NCBI GenBank assembly: GCA_963575745.1
Contig: CAUYUJ010000132.1
Location: forward strand, 62,001 to 117,784
Source: Prorocentrum cordatum
Lineage: Eukaryota
Reading direction: 5' to 3'
Length of the DNA stretch: 55,784 nt
In this document: positions 49,071 to 55,784 of the stretch, in pieces
Numbering within the stretch: the stretch's first letter is position 1
Layout: every line of letters begins with the position of its first letter
Translations under genes and position numbers: made by a program
Notes under the pieces: model-generated
Seen by the model: only the letters and a program-made list of their open reading frames with translations
Told to the model about the DNA's origin: nothing
The model's database searches: none

Positions 49071-52000
49071 CGAGTTATCTAAGATGGCCTCCAGGTGAGG
49101 CTCTGTCAAGTTCCCTCCAGCGGCGAATCAATACTTCAGGGTGGCGGCTGGCATCCAGGCGCCCGCCCTCTCCCAACAGGGGCCCTGTGGCCGCGTTTAA
49201 ACCCTTCTGCGCGCGCCTCAACCAGCTCGCATTCCCGCCCAGCCAGAACATTATGCGATATGTGTTGTGTTGCTGTCCAGCGGTCGGACATGCCTGTCAG
49301 GCGCGTCATCCAGTCAAGGACGTTCTGAGGGTGGAGTTCCAATGTTTGCGCGGGGCTGGCCAGGGGCTCGCACAATGCCTTCACATGCCATGTGCTGCAA
49401 CAGCTTGCGAATGTGTGGTTCGAGGTGGAGCCTAGGCGCCTGGCTTTGCATTACGAGGCCGCGGCACATCTAGTTTGCCTTCGCCGCGAAGCGTTCAGGA
49501 GGGCGGGCCGTTCGATCGACACGGTATTGGAGGACCCAAAAGGGGGCTACGTTGTGGCGCATCCACGCCAGCAGTTGCAACACGTTTCGAATTGATGTAT
49601 TTAATTGGCATCTGGTCCGAGCTCATTGCCAGTTCTGGGACCCCCGAAGGAGGCCGCGGCCAATCTCAAGGAGGAACCGTACAAGGCCGTCGTGGCACGC
49701 TTTCCTGGTCCGTCAGTTCGGGGGGGTTCCTGTTTCCCCATCTTCGGAAATGGTGCGGCAAGTCTGATGGTAGGGTCGCCGACCTCACGATCATTCGAGT
49801 CAGCATATTTGCTACATGGGCCCCCATCCCACTTCATTGTATATTGTGAAGTGCCGTCTTAGACGACGCCGAGAAATAGGTACTCCTTGCGACATTACGG
49901 CTGTCTTCGCGTTCAGCAAGTTTTGTAAGGCCTCGTGCATATCAGAATCGTTGTTATTAGAGATGTGTTGCGTCGTCGTTGCCGCAGATACTACAGCTGA
50001 TATGCTTCAACCATGATGGATGTTATATGCCAGGTGTAAGCACCTTTCGATCGCGACACTCGTCCGTGGCTGCGCGCATGCCCTCGCCGCCGCATCGCCC
50101 GCTCCTCGGCGAGCGTTGGGGGCGACGATGCCTGGGGGGGGCGGGGGAGGGGAAGGGGATGGATGAGCTTGAGGGGGACGGGGCCTCTCGATCCCCATGT
50201 TATCTTTTTGTGCGTTGGCGTCTGCGTTCGTCCCTTCCTCCTTCTGAGTGTTGCTTGCCTCCTCCTCCTCCTCCTCCTCTTCATCCTCTTCTTCTTCCTC
50301 CTCCTCATACTGCTCTCTATCACCCCCATCGTCCCTTTCCTCACCCACTTCCACCTCCCCTTTCCCCATGGAGTGGGCAGGCGACAGGTTGGGAGGTCGA
50401 GGCGGAAAAACAGCAGGTGAGGGGCTTGTTCCTACAGAAAAATAGGTGGCCAGCATCATCAGCCCAGCCTTCAGCAGTCCGCAACACCCTGTCATTGTAA
50501 TGAACTTCAATGCCCTCATCCTCCTCCTCTTCATCATCACCTCCCCCTTCTGATTGCAATTGAGTGATGCATTGTCCGCGATTGGGCACAGAATGTGAGG
50601 AGTCCGCGGAAAGATCATCACTGCCGTGCTCCTAGGTGGCGGCTGGATGTGACGAAGCAGGAGCGCGGGAGACCAAGGCTCGTTAACGAAAAAGCGCGCC
50701 CGAAAGGGATGATTGTTGCGGCTGCCGTAGCTCGTCGTCGTCGTCCGCCAGGGCGCAATTGCCCCTGAGATCTTGGCCCTTCATTTTTGAGCAGCGGGCG
50801 AGTTTGCCTTTTTTCGGCCGTTGGAATCCTCACGGATCGATCCGGCTATTAACTGCCGCAGTCATATTGGGTCCAGGGCTCCAGTCGCGGTTCTTGAGTC
50901 CGTGCAATTTTGTCACAACGTCGGATCTCAGGGGCTGGTTCCCTCACGTCCGACGTCACGACTTCTGTCGTGGTGTGGTCCCCCCGAGCCTCGAGAGTTG
51001 CACGCCATCCCAGGGACCGGCTTTTCAATCCTGGATTGCTGTTCGACGGCTCCAAGGCCCCAAGCGAAAATCCGGATGCAAAAAGGCGCCATCTCTAGTT
51101 TCCAGCTCGATGTTGGGGTCTGAGGGATCGTTCAGGGGAGGAGGCCCAGCCGACATGGCTGGACGGGGGATCCGACAGGATTCGACATACTACACGACAC
51201 GTGGTGAGGCGTGCACTGCAGCTGAGGACGTTTGCCCCAGCTGTTCTTCAACCTGCTGGCGTGCGCTGGCCCCGCTCTGCGGCTGAAAAGGTGGGCCACC
51301 ACTCCCATGACACTTCGGGGGCGGGGGAGGGCGTCCAAATGCAGGAGGGACGCGTCGGCGGGGGGGCCGGGCCGCGATGGGGGAGGGGGAGCGCGATGCG
51401 AGCGGGGCAGTTTGGGAAGAGGGGGAAAGGGACGGGGAGAGGGAGGACCTCCAGGCCTCCCGAATGGGTGGGGCTGGAGCGAATTCAGGAGCGAAAGAAG
51501 GACGTACACGTACATGAATCCACGTTGGTTTCGAGAGTACGCACCGTGCAAACGTTCGTAGCACACGGCCGGTCTCGCGGACTGGTGGGGCCGTGTTGAT
51601 GACGTGGTTCGGCGCGTACGTCTTTTCTGTGGGCTCCCCATAAATTGCGTTGGGGGATCGCGCCGCATCGCCGATACATCGGCGTTGCGGCTCGATGCGG
51701 AGCCCGATTTTCTCCACGCCGACGACGCCGGTGCATCGGCGATGCGGTGCAATCCGTCGATCCCATCTACTCGTCTGAGAGGCCTCCAGAGGAGGAGCAA
51801 CAGGAGGAGGCGGGGGAGTTGGCGGCAGAAGATCGAGGCTTTCGGATGTTCTGGCTTGTTGGGAGACTCCAGACCTGGGGGATAGGGGAGGGGGGGACCA
51901 GGGGTCGTGGGGGAGAGGGCAAGGCGGCCTCAGGGCTGGGGATGAGGAAGACATCGTGGGGGGCGGCGACAGCATCCAAAGGGCATGCCAGTCTTCAGCA

Positions 52001-52284
52001 GCCGAGAATCACCCGAGCTCACGGACACACGCTAATAAACAGACAAGCAAACAAACGCCTCCGAGACGACATGGACAACCCTCCCGGGGAAGATCTGCTC
52101 CTGATCTGCAATTGAGCAACCCTGAGGCGTCAGGGGCAACAGCGAAGCGCGGGGTCAAATGCCAGGGTTTGAGATCCATGTTCCATTCGTCCTGCAGGAG
52201 GCCTCCTTCTCCTGCGTGCCGCCATCCTTCCATTCATCGTTATTGTTGTCACAATTGCCCTTGTATTCTTCATTCTACATTCTA

Positions 52285-52949
52285 CACTTACGCAATATGA
52301 ATACTACTCTCCTCTCTCCCCTGACTGTCTCCAGAAATGTTCGGCCCCCTCCGCGCACTGTTCTTTCACACACTGGATTCTGGCGAGTTGGTTTTTCATA
52401 TGTGTTTTGGCACACCCGTTCTTGTCCAGTCCTTCAAAATGTTGCTCCCGCTACAGCGCTGTCCTCAGTTTCGGGTTTCCACTCGTTCAGAATCGTGCTC
52501 CCGCTGCAGCGCTGACCTCATTTCCGCGCTTCCGCTCGTTCCGAATCGTGCTCCCGCTGCAGCGCTGGCCTTATTTCCGCGCTGCTGCTCGTTCTGAATC
52601 GTGCTCCCGCTGGAGCGCTGGCCTTATTTCCGCGCTGCTGCTCGTTCCGAATCGTGCTCCCGCTGCAGCGCTGGCCTTATTTCCAGTGCCATGCCATGGC
52701 ATGCAATGCAATGCTATGCTGTGTTCCGCTGTGCGATGCCATACCTTCAGCTGCAATGCTATGATATGCAGTGTTTGACTACGCTGTGCCACGCCATGCT
52801 ATGCGTTGATATTTAACGCCATGTTATGCCATGTGATGCTATGCCATGCTACGACATCCGACTGCGCGAATAGGGAGAATATCTACGCCATGGTAAGGGA
52901 TGGGTGGGAGGGGTAGGACGTCTGATAAGACGCTTGCGCACCTAGCTTG
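52285..52949 (-). mobile_element. Second, inverted copy of the 8586-9209 element with an internal 53-bp tandem array
   Basis: Shared termini CAAGCTAGGTGCGC and CATATTGCGTAAGTG on the - strand. GAATCGTGCTCCCGCTG recurs at 52490, 52543, 52596 and 52649. Confidence 0.75.
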
Positions 52950-53394
52950 CCTCCTCCTCCCCCTTCCCCCTTCCCCCTCCTCCTCCTCCTCCTCCTCCAC
53001 CTCCTCCTCCTCTACCTCCTCCTCCTCGTCCTCCTCCACCTCCTCCTCCTCCTCCTCCTCCTCCTCCTCCTCCCCCTCTTTCGTTTGGAAAAACGCCCGA
53101 GACTTGTTGTCTGGCCGAGAGGGCCAGGAAAGCCTAGAGGGGAGGATGTCTTGCCAATGGGCCTTGCGGGAGGTCCCCCTGGAGGACACAAATCTAAAAC
53201 ATGATTTTAGTTCCCTTGTTCTTAATGAAAGTGGGTAGGTAAGATTCGAGTGCCGGGCCTATCTCCTCTGCCTCTTCTGTGTTCGGACTTCGTGTTGAGT
53301 CTTTTACTCTTACTATTCCTCCTCCTGTTATTATTCCTCCCCCTCCCCCTCCTTCCAAAGCCTCCTTAGCATCTCTCTTCTCACCCTCGTATTC

Positions 53395-54107
53395 AATCAT
53401 CAAAATGGACACAAGCATCATCATGAGCATCATCAGCATCATCATCCTCAGCATCGTAAGCATCAACATCAACATCAACATCAACATCGTCGCCATAATC
53501 GTCATCGTCATCATCCGCAGCATAATCATCAGCATCATGATTATAGCCCATATCATCGCCATACTCAACAGCTTGTGATGGTTGAACCTCGGAGCTAATG
53601 ATGTGAGAAGAAGAAGATCGTCATCATACGTAAAATCATTATCATCATGTTCGTCAGCATCATCATTATTGCTGTCATCGTCATCGTTATCAGTATCATA
53701 ATCACCACCACCATCATCATCATTATCATCATCCTCATCATCATCATCATCATCATTATCATCATCTCAACGATGATGCCCACGAGCTGAACATCATCAT
53801 AATCTACGTGCGCTGTTCGAACACCGACCCATGGCGGCCGAGCGCATGTGCGCCTAAAGCGGGCCGTAGCGCAGGTGTGTTCGCCTATCACCTTCCTCTT
53901 CTCCTCGTCCTCATCCTCCTCCTGCTCCTTCCGCCGCTATATATATATAGATATATATATATATATATATATACATAGCATCGTGACTATCATCCTCATC
54001 ACCATCATCATCACCATCAGCAGCACCGTCAGTCTTAGCACCACTGTGTTCGCCCTTCCCATCATAGTTGTCATCGTAGCCATGATCATCGTCATCATCA
54101 CCATCAC

Positions 54108-54162
<55 letters not shown>

Positions 54163-54308
54163 TCTACCATCACCATCATCATCACCATCACTAGCATCAC
54201 CATCATCATCACCATCATCATCATCATCACCATCATCATCGGATGCATCATCATCACAATTATCATCATCGCTGGCATCATGAGCATCGCCATCCTCATC
54301 ATCATCGT
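53395..54308. repeat. Degenerate (ATC)n low-complexity region
   Basis: Direct inspection; gives poly-I and poly-M pseudo-ORFs. Confidence 0.92.
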
Positions 54309-55784
54309 CTCCAGAGCGCTCGTGGAGCCCTGCGCTTGCCGGGCCCGCCGCTTGCCGACCCCGTGCTTGCCTGGCCCGCGCGTGCCTGGCCCGTGCTTGC
54401 CTGAACCCGACATGGCGCGTGCCTGGCCGGACCCGGCGCTTGCTTGGCCTGGCGCTTCCTAGGCAGATTCCAGGAAGACATTCCTCCTCCTCCTCCTCCT
54501 CCTCCTCCCTGTCGATCCTCCACGTCCTCCCTCGTCCTCCTCCTCCTCCTCCTCCTCCTCTTCATATCGCGTCCTCCTCCTCATCATCCGATCCCTCCTA
54601 TTCATCATCCTCTTCCTATCCATCCTCTTCCTCGTCCTTTTCCTGCCGCCCCTTCTCGCATCAGCCTCTTCCTTCTCCCTGCAGTCCTTGCCATCTTTCC
54701 CCATCCATCCATTCCTCATCCTCTTCCCCATCGTCATCCTCGTCCTCCTCATCCGCACCCTCGTTTTGCTGTATTTAACCGCGCTCCTCATCCTGCTCAT
54801 GCTCCTGCTCTATCACTCTTCCTGCTGCACGTCCATCTCCTTAATCCCCATGATGTCCCTCTTTCACATCAGCATCATGATCAGCATCGCAATCGTCTGC
54901 TTCATATTCATCGTGATTGTCCTCAGTTCCTTCCTCTCCCATCTCGTTCCCGCCATCCTCATTGCCCTCCATGCTCCCATCATCCTGCTCAAGGAATCTC
55001 CCTTCTCCTGCGAGCCCTCCCTCCATCCTCCCCGCTCCTCCTCCAAGTACCCCTCCTCCTCCTCCTCCCTCCTCCTCCTCCTCCTCCTCCTCCCTCGTCC
55101 GTCCTCCTCCTCCTCCTCCTCCTCCTCTCCTCCTCCCATCCCTCCCTCCCCCTCCTCCCTCCTCCCTCCTCCCTCCTCCCTCCTCCCTCATCCCTCCTCC
55201 TCCTCCTCCCTCCTCCCTCGTCCCTCTCCTCCTCCTCCTCCTCCCCCCTCCTCCCTCCTCCTCCTCCCCTCCTCCCTCCTCCCTCCTCCCTCCTCCCTCC
55301 TCCCTCCTCCCTCCTCCCGCCCTCCCTCCCTCCTCCCTCCTCCCTCCTCCCTCCTCCCTCCCTCCCTCCCCCTCCTCCCTCCTCCCCGTCCTCCTCCTCC
55401 CTCCTCCCTCCTCCCTCCTCCCTCCTCCCTCCTCCCTCCTCCCTCCGCCTCCTCCTCCTCCCTCCTCTCCTCCTCCTCCTCCTCCTCCTCCTCCTCCTCC
55501 TCCTCCTCCTCCTCCTCCTCCTCCTCCTCCTCCTCCTCCTCCTCCCTCCTCTTCCTGCCTCCTCCCTCCTCCCTCCTGATCTCAGCGGCCGGCTCACGGA
55601 CAGGCCGTGGCTGGCGGCCGGCGGCGGGCCGCACGGGCGGGGGAGCCAGGCTGACCAAGATGGGAGGGCGTTTCGGGCGCTTTGGCAGGAGGAGGAGGGA
55701 GAGGATCAGGGTCAGGACGAAGAGGAGGAGGAAGAGGAGGAGGAGGAGGAGGAGGAGGAGGAGGAGGAGGAGAGGGGAGGGAGG

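Overview
This is eukaryotic DNA, GC-rich and saturated with repeats. It is most consistent with a dinoflagellate (Prorocentrum-like) genome; that is an inference from GC-AG introns, the Copia lineage present and the repeat landscape. Almost all long ORFs in the track are artefacts of microsatellites ((GGA)n, (GAC)n, (TAC)n, (CT)n, (ATC)n). The real host coding signal is a + strand gene split into 33-106 nt exons (7507-7602, 12115-12165, 30717-30749, 32717-32803, probably also 35553-35633 and 46705-46810) with multi-kb GC-AG introns. Spliced together they give the C-terminal end of a putative GH7-like glycoside hydrolase domain, Cys/Trp-rich 'DCxxxxxxWxxGWxxxKKxWCC' repeats, a likely TM helix and a basic tail. 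One expected exon is missing and may lie in the 100-N gap at 20548-20647. The introns contain a decayed Ty1/Copia pol (integrase then RT, about 14.6-18.1 kb), an 818-bp MITE with perfect 38-bp TIRs and an 8-bp TSD, two unrelated non-autonomous element families sharing an asymmetric (offset) terminal-inverted-repeat design, foldback MITEs, 53-, 72- and 294-bp tandem arrays and a nested 230-306-bp satellite. No rRNA, tRNA, true CRISPR array or intact transposase gene was recognised.
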